64,000 bases of DNA. It comes from Octopus sinensis. Taxonomy: Eukaryota. Below, one piece after another: positions 12,250 through 25,470 of the stretch. Below the pieces are notes generated by a model, which saw nothing but the letters and a program-made list of their open reading frames with translations, had not been told where the DNA came from and made no database searches. The position numbers and the translations under genes were made by a program. How positions within the stretch are numbered: position 1 is the stretch's first letter; every line of letters begins with the position of its first letter. Location: positions 6,572,001-6,636,000 of the forward strand of contig NC_042998.1 of NCBI RefSeq assembly GCF_006345805.1, written 5' to 3'.

Positions 12250-12420
12250 CCTTGTTTTTAGAACGACGTTGGCGTTAGGAAGGGCATCCAGCTGTAGAAA
12301 CATTGCCAGATCAAGATTGGAGACTGGTGCAGCCTTCGGGCTTCCCAGACCCCAGTTGAACCGTCCAACCCATGCTAGCATGGAAAACGGACGTTAAATG
12401 ATGATGTTGATGATGATGAA
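12250..12420 (+). mobile_element. SINE-like family C (3' part)
   Basis: GTTGGCGTTAGGAAGGGCATCCAGCTGTAGAAA..CATGCTAGCATGGAAAACGGACGTTAAA(TGA)n. More than 10 copies in the window. Confidence 0.8.
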
Positions 12421-12850
12421 CCAGCCTATAGAATGTGGTACTCTCCCAAAGGCTTCCTCCAAATCAATGAGTGCTAAATATAATAGTTCACTCCTCGCTA
12501 ACAAATTTCTCATGTCGTTGTCTCATTGGAAAGAGAATATCGGTGTTAGCCCATCTTCTCACACATCACAATAGCATCTCATCTAAACAAATGTTCACCT
12601 AAATTGGTTGTGTTATTACTTCTATTACTCTCATACCTTGATCCATCAGTTTGATGCTTTCATTGTTGATGGTGATATTATTATTCCAGTCATTAGGTAT
12701 AATGCCTCCCTGTACTATTGTATTGATTATGTGAATGGTTGATACGTGTCCTACATTACTGGAGAGTTGCAGCATTTCAGCAGCAATCCCTGATGAACGA
12801 ACCTTAATGGCCATTTTGACTGTAATTTCCATAGCTGGTTTCTCTGTTGA
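12420..12850 (-). mobile_element. RTE-clade LINE reverse-transcriptase fragment
   Basis: Degenerate SGIAAEMLQ..IVQGGIIPNDW..IKLMDQGMRVIE and IDLEEAFGRVPH (the DLEKAFDRVP motif). Confidence 0.7.
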
Positions 12851-12914
12851 ATCTAGTCTGTCTCTCTGCCTCTCCTACGTATCCTTTTCATCTTTTCATT
12901 CAGGAAAAGAATGC

Positions 12915-13292
12915 ACGCACGCACACTCACACACACACACACACACACTCACACGTGCACACACACACACACTCACACACACACACACTCACACACACAC
13001 ACTCATACACACACACACTCACATGCGCACACACACACATACACTCACACACACACACTCACACACACACACTAACATACACACTCACACTCACACACAC
13101 TCACACACACACTCACACACTCACACTCACACACACACGCACACACTCACACACACACACTCACACACACACTCACACACACACACACACACTCACACAC
13201 ACATTCACACACACACATTCACACACACACTCACACACACACACACTCACACACACACGCACACTCACACACACACACACACACACACACAT
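12915..13292. repeat. (CA)n/(CACT)n microsatellite
   Basis: Directly visible. Confidence 0.95.
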
Positions 13293-13812
13293 TTAACCAA
13301 TGAATTGATTTGCATATATATATGTGTGTGTTAGTGTATGTGTCAGTGTATATGTTTGTGTGTTTGTGTTTTTTTTCTTTTGTGAGTGTGTGTATGTTTA
13401 TGCCTATATAACAAAGCCTCCCTGTGAGTGAACTGAAAATGTAAGTACATTCTCTTTATGCCATTGATGCCGCCTCCTCCTCTCCCCCACCAAAAAAAAG
13501 ATAAAGACAAAGAAAAAAGAGGTAAGCAGTCTCCTGATAAACCATTTCAAAGTTTGTGAACAACTTTTCAGAGACGTACCTGATTCTTTCCTAAACCAGT
13601 TTCACAGATCAGCCATTTATAAAAGCTGTATTAAATTAGGCTAGTTTATTAAAGGATTGGCAAATTAGCAATGCTTGTGTTTTTAATGGTTTGCCATTAA
13701 TTAAACAATATCTGTTTTATATACAACTGGGTGTAAATCGGGAGAACTGAAATAAATTGAAATATTACAAGACTTTACTATGTACATACATACATACATA
13801 CATACATACATA

Positions 13813-14012
13813 CTCTTTTACTCTTTTACTCATTTCAGTCAATTGACTGTGGCCATGCTGGAGCACTGCCTTTAGTCGAGCAAATCGACCCCAGGACTTA
13901 TTCTTTGTAAGCCTAGTACTTATTCTATCAGACTCTATTGCCAAACCGCTAGGTTACAAGGATGTAAACACACCAGCATCAGTTGTCAAGTGATGTTGGA
14001 GGGACAAACACA

Positions 14013-14053
<41 letters not shown>

Positions 14054-14223
14054 GCACGCACATATATATATGATTGGCTTCTTTCAGTTTCCGTCTACCA
14101 AATCCACTCACAAGGCTTTGGTCGGCCCGAGGCTATAGTAGAAGACACTTGCCCAAGGTGCCACACAGTGGGACTGAACCCGGAACTATGTGGTTGGTAA
14201 GCAAGCTACTTACCACACAGCCA
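13813..14223 (-). mobile_element. SINE family A
   Basis: Homologous to the other copies. Confidence 0.85.
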
Positions 14224-14520
14224 CATACATACATACATACATACATACATACATACATACATACATACATACATACATGTTCTGTGGGAAAAGGAACAAA
14301 AATCCTTCACTGTGTCAGAGGTCAGCTGCCAGGTGGATATGAAAGTACAATCAAAGGACCCGGAAAAAGAAAGAGAACATATATGGCAAATTAATGTGGA
14401 ACTTACAGCTCTTGTACCCTGACTAAGAATTCTTATTTGTACTTATCATCATAGGTGCATTAGGTTATGTACCAACAAATTTGCACAAAACCATACATAC
14501 ATACAAACATACATACATAC

Positions 14521-14656
14521 ATAAATATATGAAAGAATGGAGTTGAACGACGAATTAACAAAATTCCTTTATTTTTGACATATGTTTCGAAACATATGTC
14601 GAAAATAAAGGAATTTTGTTAATTCGTCGTTCAACTCCATTCTTTCATATATTTAT
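14521..14656. repeat. Near-perfect 136-bp palindrome with no loop
   Basis: 68-bp arms centred on TTTC|GAAA (14588/14589), with one mismatch (14576 T / 14601 G). Confidence 0.95.
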
Positions 14657-15784
14657 ATTTAAAAAAAAACATACAAATTTCCACACGAAAGCACGTAACT
14701 TCAAACGAGTCTTCTCTGATGTGAATTTGCTACCCAGGTATCGGTTAACCGAATTATCCATAACAAGATAATTCATTCAACTACTCAAATATACATACAT
14801 ACATACATACATGTTGGCTGCCACCTCGTTATCGAGTATGGCCATTGCACGAAGCTTAATCAATGTTGTTATCATGCAATGCCTGTGCAAGAAGATTTTT
14901 TTTAAAGTGAGGAAAAGGCTGTGCACTGAGTCAATCCCACTCACTAAGCAACAGCAGCCATAATCCGAAAAGAAGAACAAGTCAACATCATTAGTAACCA
15001 CTGAGCCGCAGGTTTTATGTCGGAGTTATCCCAGTTACCTGAGTTACCTTCTCCTAGAGGGATGTCCTAACAAAGGCTAGGAGTCCTTCACTCCCAATGG
15101 TTTAACCGCGCAATCGGGTATTCAGTCCGATTATTTCTATGTCCCCATGCATGATACATCCTTAAGACATTTATTGGATGGCTGTTGACTCTCAAGAGTT
15201 CCTCCACCCTTTGACGGGTTTTGTTACATACATACATACATACAACATACATACATACATACAAATATGTGCACATACATACATATATGAGAGGTGCTGT
15301 AGAGTTCCTGGCTTTGAGTAAAAGAAAATGCAGGAGGATCAGTAAATTATGAATTTGTTTGACATATTCTCCTCTCAGATTTACACACTTATTACAACAG
15401 TCCTTAGTTTATGTAAGCCCTGTAAAAGAGCTTGGAAGATTGGCCTCCAGCCAGACCATTCGCAATACCCTCAAAGCCAGGAACTTTTCAGCACCCATAC
15501 ATATACATGTAAGTATATATGTGTGTGATTGTGTGTGTCTCTGAATGCATTAACCATAAATTGAAGGAATTAAAGCTCTGACACTTACTGAGAACACAAG
15601 CATTTTGCAAATGAACTGAGTGAAATTTGGAGAATAAAATCAAATTTCTCACACTTAAGAATGGTAAAATCTAAATGATTTACAAACAGACATTGAAATT
15701 ACAATTAAAGAAGCTGATAAGAGTTGTGATGTTGCTACTAAAATATTATAAAGAACTTATACTTAAAATCCAAGTAAATAGTTA

Positions 15785-17042
15785 CGAGGGGCGTTCAATA
15801 AGTAATGCCCCTGACCCACTTCCCATAGCAGTAGAGCAACGAAACTTGGAACAGTTATTAGTCTTTTTCTACATAGGAACCACTCAGAGTTACGCATTTC
15901 TCCCATCGTTTGATGCAGCTCTGAAGACCATTTTTGTAGAAGACCCCAGCTTGGTCCTCCAACCATGACGTGACTTCAGAAATCAAGGCTGCATCATCTG
16001 GGAAACGCTTTCCTTTCAAAAACAACTTCATGGCTGGAAGAGGTAAAAATCAGAGGGTGCAAGGTCAGGAGAGTAGGGGGAATGGGGGATGAGTTCATAG
16101 CCGCATGCCTGTGCTTCTGATCTGGCGACACGCGAGTAGTGGATCGGAGCATTGTCCTGCAGGAGGAGGATGCCTTTGCTGATCTTGCCCCGCCTCTTGA
16201 TTTTGATAGCTTCTCTTAATTTCCTCAAAAGTGAAGCATAATAGACTCCTGTAATTGTGGCACCCTTTGCCAGGAAATCTGTCTTCACTACTCCGTCCTG
16301 GTCCCAGAAGACTGTAAGCATGACCTTGCCAGCGGAGGGCTGCACCCTTGCCTTCTTTGGAGGAGGTGAGTCATGGTGCTTCCACTGCATTGAATGGGCT
16401 TTGGTCTCTGGATCATAGTGATGGACCCAGGTTTTATCCTATGCAATCAGTCTTTTGAAAAATTTTGACTCATCTTCTTGGCACATCTCCAAATTCATCC
16501 TCGAGCAATCGACACGTTCTTGCTTCTGGAAAGGTGTGAGCAACCTGGGAATCCATCTGGCAGACACCTTTTGCATATGCAAATGGTCATGAATGATAGT
16601 TTCCACAGACCCGGTACTAATCTTGACCTCATGGGCTATTTGGCGAATAGTTATGCATCGATCTTCCAAAATGGCAGCCTCAACATGACAGACAGATGCC
16701 TCATCAATGGCAGAAGGGGGTGACCAGATCTGGGAGCTGTCTCCACAGAGTTCCGACCATATTTGAATTCACGATGCCAGCGTTTTACAAGGTCATATGA
16801 TGGGGCATCATCACCATAAGTTTCTTTCATTTCATCAAAAGTCTCCCGTGGTGTGCGTCCTTTCAAATACAAAAACCGGATCACTGCTCGACACTCAACA
16901 TGCTCCATTTCACACTTGACTCAGTTCAAACACCTGTAAATCGGAAACCACAATTAGTTCAGAGCTGTAATTTGCCACTTCATCTATAGAGATATAAATA
17001 ATTGCAAGTGGGTCAGAGGCATTACTTATTGAATGCCCCTCG
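15785..17042 (-). mobile_element. Full-length (1258 bp) mariner transposon, probably irritans/Hsmar2-like
   Basis: TIRs CGAGGGGCGTTCAATAAGTAATGCC / GGCATTACTTATTGAATGCCCCTCG, with TA on both sides (15783-84, 17043-44). Confidence 0.95.
15858..16908 (-). pseudogene. Mariner DD34D transposase pseudogene
   Basis: Fragments MEHVECRAVIRFLYLKG.., WIPRLLT, *DKTWVHHYDPETK, SAGKVMLTVFWD, LLQDNAPIH, YSPDLAPSDFYLF. One in-frame stop (~16439) and two frameshifts. Confidence 0.92.
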
Positions 17043-18894
17043 TACTATCATGAACTACCGTAAACAATCCAAAATAATAGGAAATCTACTGATTCTATTT
17101 AATGTTTGCTGTAAAATGTTTGGCTATGAAAGTATTTGATGAAGCAATTTCTGATGCAAAGCCAAAAATTTCTATGGATTAGTTAAAATACATAAATATT
17201 AGGTTATATATGACACATGAAAAACTCTGAAACCAAATAGATCAAAATGCCATCTTGTGAAGATTTGAAATTAAGACCAATTATAGCAGATTATGTATAT
17301 GAAACACATGGGTTAATCATTTTTTTTTCTTCTGGACACATTAATACCCTACTTCAAATATATGCTCAAAGTCTTATTCAAGATGATTTACATATACTTA
17401 ATCTCTTACCAAGTACAGAAAGCCAAAATATAATTATTGTTTCCTTTGATGTTGTTAATTTATATACTACTTTCCCTCATGATTATGGAATTAGTGTGAT
17501 TAAATATGTGCTTGATGTACAGTAATTTGAGATACCAGAATGCATTTGATTGATGAATAGAGATTCACTGTACAAAACATTCCTTTCATAATTGATGACT
17601 CAGCATTCTGAAAAATACCAGGAACTGCAATGGTCACTAAAATCGCTCTTATTAATTCTAACCTAGTTATAGGTTGCCATAAGAAGAAAATGTATTATGA
17701 ATCTCTACAATTATTTGGAAATACATATTTAAAAGACTGGAAAAGATATCTACATGGTCATTTCATTTTATGGCAGGTTAATCTTGATAAACTTACATGA
17801 ATTTGAAAATCTTATTAACAGCCTTAACAGTGGATTTCAGCCAGAAGATACTGCCATTTTTTTGATATTTTAATTATAACATGTAGGAAGATAGAATCAA
17901 GCATTTGCTACAAAGCTACAGATTTACAGTAATATTTTCTCCTCACAACCAGTTGTCTAAAACATACAAGAATGAAAAAAAATGAATATTCCATTTAATT
18001 TTACAAAAGCCATATCAAAACCTATAAAGTGTTATCAAATATTAGACAAAATGAAAAACACTTATCCAAAGAGTATTTCCATTAAGTGCAAGTACGAATG
18101 GAATAGAAAGAGTAAAGCATATAAATATTAAAGATCTAAGAAAAGTAAAACTGAGAAGAAAGTATTACTATTTAAACTATAAATGCTAAAATATTTGATC
18201 ATATTGATTAAAACTTAACCATTTTATATGAAAACTAAAAATGTAAAAAGTTCTCGAGTATCAACTACTCATGAAAAGTAAAAAGCAATTCAAGTCATTA
18301 AAAAAATATTCTAACTAGAGCTTAAATTTATACACAAGTTTCTAACTTTAGTGTCATGAAATGCAAAAGACCAAATTGTGCTACATACCTATATTTCACC
18401 AAAAGCATAGCGCTCAAGCTTATGGATCAATGTACTTTTGAAAGAGAATTTAACTTTGCAAACTCTTAGAATTTAATCTTTAGATAACATGTCAGTTTTG
18501 GAAACTATACTGGACAAACTGAATTACCACTATGCAGAAGGCTAACAGTACACAGGCAGCAAGTTAATAAAGGGAAATTTCATAAAAGTTTTGAGTGGTC
18601 ATATAGTTAATATATGCAAAAATGAATTAACCTAATTTTAATGTATTTCCATAAATGCTCACACTTAATCATGGAACAACAAATCAACAAAAAAATATAA
18701 TTTTTAAAGAAATATAAGCCACATTTAAACACTTGCTTTACTAATAGCTGAAACTCTATTTATAAAAAAACACTTTTATGCAAAGACAAGTGTTGCAACA
18801 GAAACTTTTTGTTTATGCTACTTAAAAAGTAAAATATTCATTTTCCTTATATCTAAAAATCATATAACAATTATTAATGTATATTATATTTAAA

Positions 18895-18931
<37 letters not shown>

Positions 18932-18942
18932 TACATACATAC

Positions 18943-18996
<54 letters not shown>

Positions 18997-21879
18997 TATA
19001 TAACTAATAAATTAATTTATGCTTTCACAAAAGCCTGACAATAAATAGAGACTAGTTCCATTTGATGGACACCTGTATCTTTTGATAAAAGAATATACCA
19101 AATATAGAAAATTTAATGATTGTTTCCAAAAACAACTAACAGCTAAACTATATGAAATAAGAAAAAATCACATATGGGCTGAAAATGTTATACAGTTTGG
19201 CAAAAAAGAAATTACCAAATTTTGAGGTTGAACTATTAGTCTTTTAACAACTCTTCAATTTTTCAGAGTGCTAAAAATCTCTCTTAAACATCAACTGTTT
19301 TCTATTTAATAATAAAATTTTGAATGTTTTTTTTCTAAACATGATAAAAACGATTTTAATTTCTTTTGGTTAAGGCTATGAATAGTTTTATAAAAATTTT
19401 CTTTTAAAAAATTATCTTTCTATTTTATAAATTTTTACCAGTAAATAAATCAATAATTTATTGTTTAGTCTTTTAAAAATATGCCAGAACATCTTTGTGA
19501 ACAGACAAGTCCATTATTATATCAGAAATCATCATTCATTGAATATCACAACTATCCTTACAAAAAAAATCCCCTACCACAGTTTTAACTTCAGATTCAG
19601 TTATAATTTGTTTTTAGTCTAGATATTTGTTAATTCTCTTTAATGCAGAACAGCATGTAATGCAAGTTTTGTTTTGTTTTGACAATACAAATCTTAATAG
19701 TCTACAAAAGATTTATTTTATTTCACTCAATTTTATTAAATTTTTTTTTCAAAAGAAAGAATTATATTTTATGAGTCTATGAAAGTATTTTAATGAAAGA
19801 GATCAGCAAACTTAATCCTTTTTTAAGACAGTATACATTTTTCTTTCTCTCATCAATCTCTTTTATTGAATAAGCATTGTTCCACAAACAAGCACCTCTG
19901 GATAATTGAATGGAAAAGGTTTGCAAGCACCGCAAATCTATTTTGCAAAGTATCAAAATAGTACCTGCTTTGCAAAGAGATTGTAAAGAAGTGTTCTGTT
20001 AATTTATGCTTCATTCTCACTTTGTTGTTTTTGTTGGTAGCGATCTTCTTCAAAATGACAATAAATATTTAAAATAAGTAATAGCAAAGACAACACTGGT
20101 TGTTAACAGCAGGACTACGGCTTTTGTATGCATATCTTTCCGTGATAGATTTGATGTGAAAATCAGCAGTTTTGAGAGTTGCATTGTCCAGATCAAGCAC
20201 AAGATAAACTAGCTATTTTGCTTTAATAGTTACAAGGTATCACACATTGATGAAACAAAAGGATGCTGTCTACGGAATTATAGCTTTACATGTTACACTG
20301 ATCAGAAACTAGAAATAGATTTGTATATAATTAAATAAGCAAAACAGAAGTTATTAAGGTAACTTAGCATTTTGAGTCAAACTTATGCCACTGTTTACTC
20401 TGAAATCTCATTATCCTTATTTATGTTTCAGTAGATTCTTCTATGTTATGAAATTGGTTGAGTGGTTAAGAAGCTTGCTATGCACTCACATAGTTTCTGG
20501 TTCAGTTCCACTGGGTGGCACATTGGAGAAGTGTCTTCAACAACAGTCCTGGGTAAAACAATGTGTTGTGAATGAATTTGGTAAATGAAGACTATGTGGA
20601 AACTCATCGTATATATGGTGTGTGTGTGTGTGTGTGTGTGTGTGTGCATTTATTTCCCACACATAACCAGACAAATGGTGTTGGTTTGTTTGCACCTTCA
20701 TAGCTTAGTAGTCAGGCAAATGAGATTAATGGAATAAATACTAGATTTTAAAAAAAATAAGTACCCGGGTCAATTTGTTTAACTAAACCCTTCAAGATGT
20801 CACCTCTGCATGGCTGCTGTCCAATGACTGAAACACGTCAAAAATAAAAAATATGAAATAAAATTTAGAAAGTAAAATCCAAAACAAATCAAAGCATTTT
20901 CCTATTTAGTTGAAATGGTCATTATTAGCTCTTTCTGTTTTTTATTTTTCTCTTTTATTTTAAATGAAAATATTTGCTTAGAATAACTTTCTTTTTATAT
21001 ATTTTTTTTTTTACCATATTTCTATTAAATAATCAACAGCTGGTTCGGAAATTATATAATTTAAAAAAATTTTCTCATGTTAAAATTATCATAATTTTTT
21101 TTTTTATATTTATTCAATGAATTTCTGCAATTTTTTATAAGATAAATCACAACTTGTTCATTACAGTGAGAAACATAAAAATGTAAAACAGAAATATAAA
21201 ATATCAACAAAATTACATAAATATATTAGAACTATAAAAAAAATATACAAATAAATACCTAAATCGAACGAACTGTCACAATATTTGTACTATCAATTCT
21301 TCTAATTAAAATATTTTTCCTTCAGTAATTAAATAATGTGAACAGCTGTAATTGCAACGGAATTGACAATAAAAATATTCTTGCTGAGTCTCAATTTACA
21401 CTTAGTTTTTATTCCATCAACCATGCAGCCAAGAATTCATACATGTAGCAATATTGGCTAAAAGCATGATGTTGAGGTAAAATTTAACTAATGTCCTCTC
21501 CTAATTTGTAATGGTTACATTGACCCTTTAACATTCAGATTAATCTGTCAAATGAAATACTTATTTATTCACATTGTTTATTTTTTAATCATGCATTATT
21601 TTGTAGCTTAGGGATTTTGATGAGATTTTGTTCTTTTACTTATTTCAATCATTGGACTGCAGCCATGGGGCATTAGACTGGGGCTAACCAAACAAATTGA
21701 TCCCAATACTTATTTTTAAGCATGGTATTTGTTCTGTTGGTCACTTTTTGTCAAACCACTTAGTTAGAGGGTTGTAAACAAACCAACCAGTTGTCAAGTG
21801 GTGGTGGATGCTAAACACAAACATGTGCACACTCATACACACACACACACACACACATACATACATATATATATATATA

Positions 21880-22060
21880 TATTTTTTCTTTCCTTGTTTC
21901 TCTCCTTGTTTTTTCTGTGTCCCTTTCTGTAGAAGAGCATAGGCTTGAAACGTAAAAGACTTTTTCTATTCCTGAGCGTTATAAATACATCTGTTTGTTT
22001 TGTACACCACCTGTCCTCGTCATTTGTTTTTTCGTAAACTCTCCCTATATATATATATAT
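21880..22060 (+). mobile_element. Short HHR-like repeat, family 3 (copy 1)
   Basis: CTTT-CTGTAGA-A-GAGC-ATAG-GCTT-GAAA-CGTA-AAAG at 21923-21958. Homologous to 57400-57575 and flanked by (TA)n. Confidence 0.6.
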
Positions 22061-22289
22061 GAAAAATTCAGTTGTTACTAATTGTGACTGAAAATGCCCC
22101 TACATGGCTAGCCCAAAGATAAGATATGAAGTAAAATTCAGAAAGAAAAATCCAAAACAAACCCCGCACCCATGACAATTGAATTTTACCTTGTTGGTTT
22201 TATATTGCATATCACCACTTTTGTTATTTTATAATCTATACATACATATATACACATACACACATACATATATATATATATAACAACAT

Positions 22290-22770
22290 CATCATTGTTT
22301 AACGTCCGCTTTCCATGCTAGCATGGGTTGGATGATTTGAATGAGGACTGGCAAAACAGATGGCTGCACCAGGCTCCAGTCTGATCTGACAGTGTTTCTA
22401 CAGCTGGATGCCCTTCCTAACGCCAACCACTCCGTTAGTGTAGTGGGTGCTTATAAATGCCACAGGCTTGAGCGCAGTCAGGCAGTACTGGCAACGGCCA
22501 CACTCAAATGGTGTTTTTTCACATGCCATCTGCACAGGAGCCAGTTCAGCAGCACTGGCAACAACCTTGCTCAAATGTCTTTTCACGTGTCACCGGCATA
22601 AGTGCCATTAAGGCAACACTGGTAACAATCATGCTTGAATGGTGCTTTATACGTGCCACCAGCACAGAAGCCAGTTCGCTGCTCTGGCAACGATCACGCT
22701 TGGATGGTGCTCTTAGCGCTGAACTAGCACAGATGCCAATCATCGAATTTGATTTCGATTTCGATTAACA
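22290..22770 (-). mobile_element. SINE-like family C
   Basis: ggatgcccttcctaacgccaacc core and (ATC)n end. Confidence 0.8.
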
Positions 22771-23072
22771 TATGGTATAATTATAATGATGAGCAACCTT
22801 AATCAATTTTCAAATCTTATTAGGCCCACATCATTCTGACAGTCACCATACTAACAAGCAGCCAAACTGTTTAATTACTCAACAAGTGCAGCAGTTATTC
22901 TATGAAGGAGCACCTAATTTGCATATTGAAAGTGTTTAACACTCTATAAATACCAGCGACCTGTCAATGGGGGATAATGATTTCAGATTTTGGCAAAATG
23001 CCAGCAATTTTGGGAGAGTAAGTTGTGTGTGAGTGAGTGTGTATGTGTGTGTGTGTGTGTGTGTGTGTATAG

Positions 23073-24862
23073 ATGTATGTGTTTGTGTGCATGTATGTAC
23101 ATAAATATGTATACAGTATGTATTTAGTTTTTTATTCTGTTGGTTTCTTATTCAGAACTGCTATGTTAAGTGGTGACAGGAGACAATCACAAAGAAAAAC
23201 ACACATGGAAACATACACACACATATATACATACATGCATGCATACATATATATACATACATAAATACATACTACATACATATTTATGTACATACACACA
23301 AACACATACACACATACATACATACATACATACATACATACATACATACATACATAAATACATACATACATAAATACATACATACATAAATACATACATA
23401 CATACATAATACATACATACATAAATACATACTAATACATACATACATAAATACATACATAAATACATACATACATAAATACTACATACATACATACTAC
23501 ATAAATACATACATAAATACATACATACATACATACATACATACATAAATACATACATACATAAATACATAATAATACATACATACATAAATACATACAT
23601 AAATACAACATACATACATAAATACATAATACATAAATACATACATACATAAATACATACATAAATACATACATACATAAATACATACATAAATACATAC
23701 ATACATAAATACATACATACATATAATACATACATACATAATAAATACATACATAAATACTACATACATAAAATACATCATACATACATAATACATACAT
23801 ACATAAATACACATACATAAATACATACATCATACATACATAAATACATAATACATACATAATACATACATACATAAATACATACATACATAAATACATA
23901 CATACATAAATACATACATAAATACATACATACATAAATACATACATACATAAATACATACATACATAAATACATACATACATAAATACATACATACATA
24001 CATAAATACATAAATACATACATAAAGACATACATACATAAATACATACATACATAAATACATACATACATAAATACATACATAAATACATACATACATA
24101 AATACATACATACATAAATACATACATACATAAATACATACATACATACATACATACATAAATACATACATACATACATACACACATACATACATACATA
24201 CATACATAAATACATACATACATACATACATACATACATACATACATACATACATACATACATAAATACATACATACATAAATACATACATACATACATA
24301 CACACATAAATACATACATACATAAATACATACATACATACATACACACATACATACATACATACATACATACATACATACATACATACATACATACACA
24401 CATACACACATACATACATACATACATACATACATACATACATACATACACACATACATACATACATACATACATACATACATACACACATACATACATA
24501 CATACATACATACATAAATACATACATACATAAATACATACATACATACATACACACATACATACACACATACATACATACATAAATACATACATACATA
24601 CATACATACATACATACATACATACATACATAAATACATACATACATACATACATACATACATACATACATACATAAATACATACATACATAAATACATA
24701 CATACATACATACACACATACATACATACACACATACATACATACATACATACATACATACATACATACATACACACATACATACATACATAAATACATA
24801 CATACATAAATACATACATACATACATAATAAATACATACATACATACATACATACATACAT
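23073..24862. repeat. ~1.8-kb (TACA)n/(TAAA)n compound microsatellite
   Basis: Directly visible; source of the long MYVC pseudo-ORFs. Confidence 0.97.
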
Positions 24863-24869
24863 AGGAGCA

Positions 24870-25470
24870 CTCAGTCAGTTATGATGATGAGGGTCCCAGT
24901 TAATACAATCAACGGAACAGCTTGCTCATGAAATTAACGTGAAAGTGGCTGAGCACTCTACACACATGTGTACCCCTACCGTAGTTCTCAGGGAGATTCA
25001 GCATGACATTGAGTGTGACAAGGCTGGCCCTTTGAAATACAGGTACTACTCATTTTTGCCAGCTGAGTGAACTGGAGCAACACGAAATAAAGTGTCTTGC
25101 TGAAGGGCACAATGCAATGTCGGGAACTGAACTCATGACCTTACGATCATGAGCCGAATGCCCCTAACCACTAAGCCATGTGCCTTCACTTGCCAGCTCT
25201 GTCTGGCCCCGTGCCGGTGACACGTAAAAGTACCATCCGTTCGTGGCTGTCGTGCCAACTCTGTCTGGCACCTGTGCAGGTGGCACGTAAAAACCACCCA
25301 CTACACTCGCGGAGTGGTTGGCGTTAGGAAGGGCATCCAGCTGTAGAAACATTGCCAAATCTTACTGGGCCTGATGAAGCCTTCCGGCTTCACAGACCCC
25401 AGTTAAACCGTCCAACCCATGCTAGCATGGAAAACGGACGCTAAATGATGATGATGATGATGATGATGAC
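24870..25470. mobile_element. tRNA-derived SINE (-, ~24870-25190) followed by family C (+, ~25190-25470)
   Basis: Minus head GTGAAGGCACATGGCTTAGTGGTTAGGG..GAGTTCAGTTCCC; family C core on the plus strand. Confidence 0.7.

Larger units (their letters stand above)
15550..18800 (+). mobile_element. Decayed Penelope-like retroelement (RT + GIY-YIG), interrupted by a mariner
   Basis: ITIKEADKSC upstream of the mariner. Downstream: LRPII, SFDVVNLYT, GTAMVTKIA, WKRYLHGHFILW, FLD and NLIFR*..NYTGQTELPLCRRLTVHRQQV (GIY-YIG). Many stops and frameshifts. Confidence 0.8.

Noticed and set aside
19850-20310. Unique, moderately complex region with several 30-65-codon open frames
   Set aside because: Frames on both strands are equally plausible, with no recognisable motif or consistent splice pair.
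23073-24870. ORFs of 346-476 aa (MYVC repeats)
   Set aside because: Translations of a (TATG)n microsatellite; no coding complexity.
25370-25400. CCTGATGAAGCC resembling an HHR core
   Set aside because: Mutated copy of the family C segment CCTGGTGCAGCC, with no downstream GAAA or stems.
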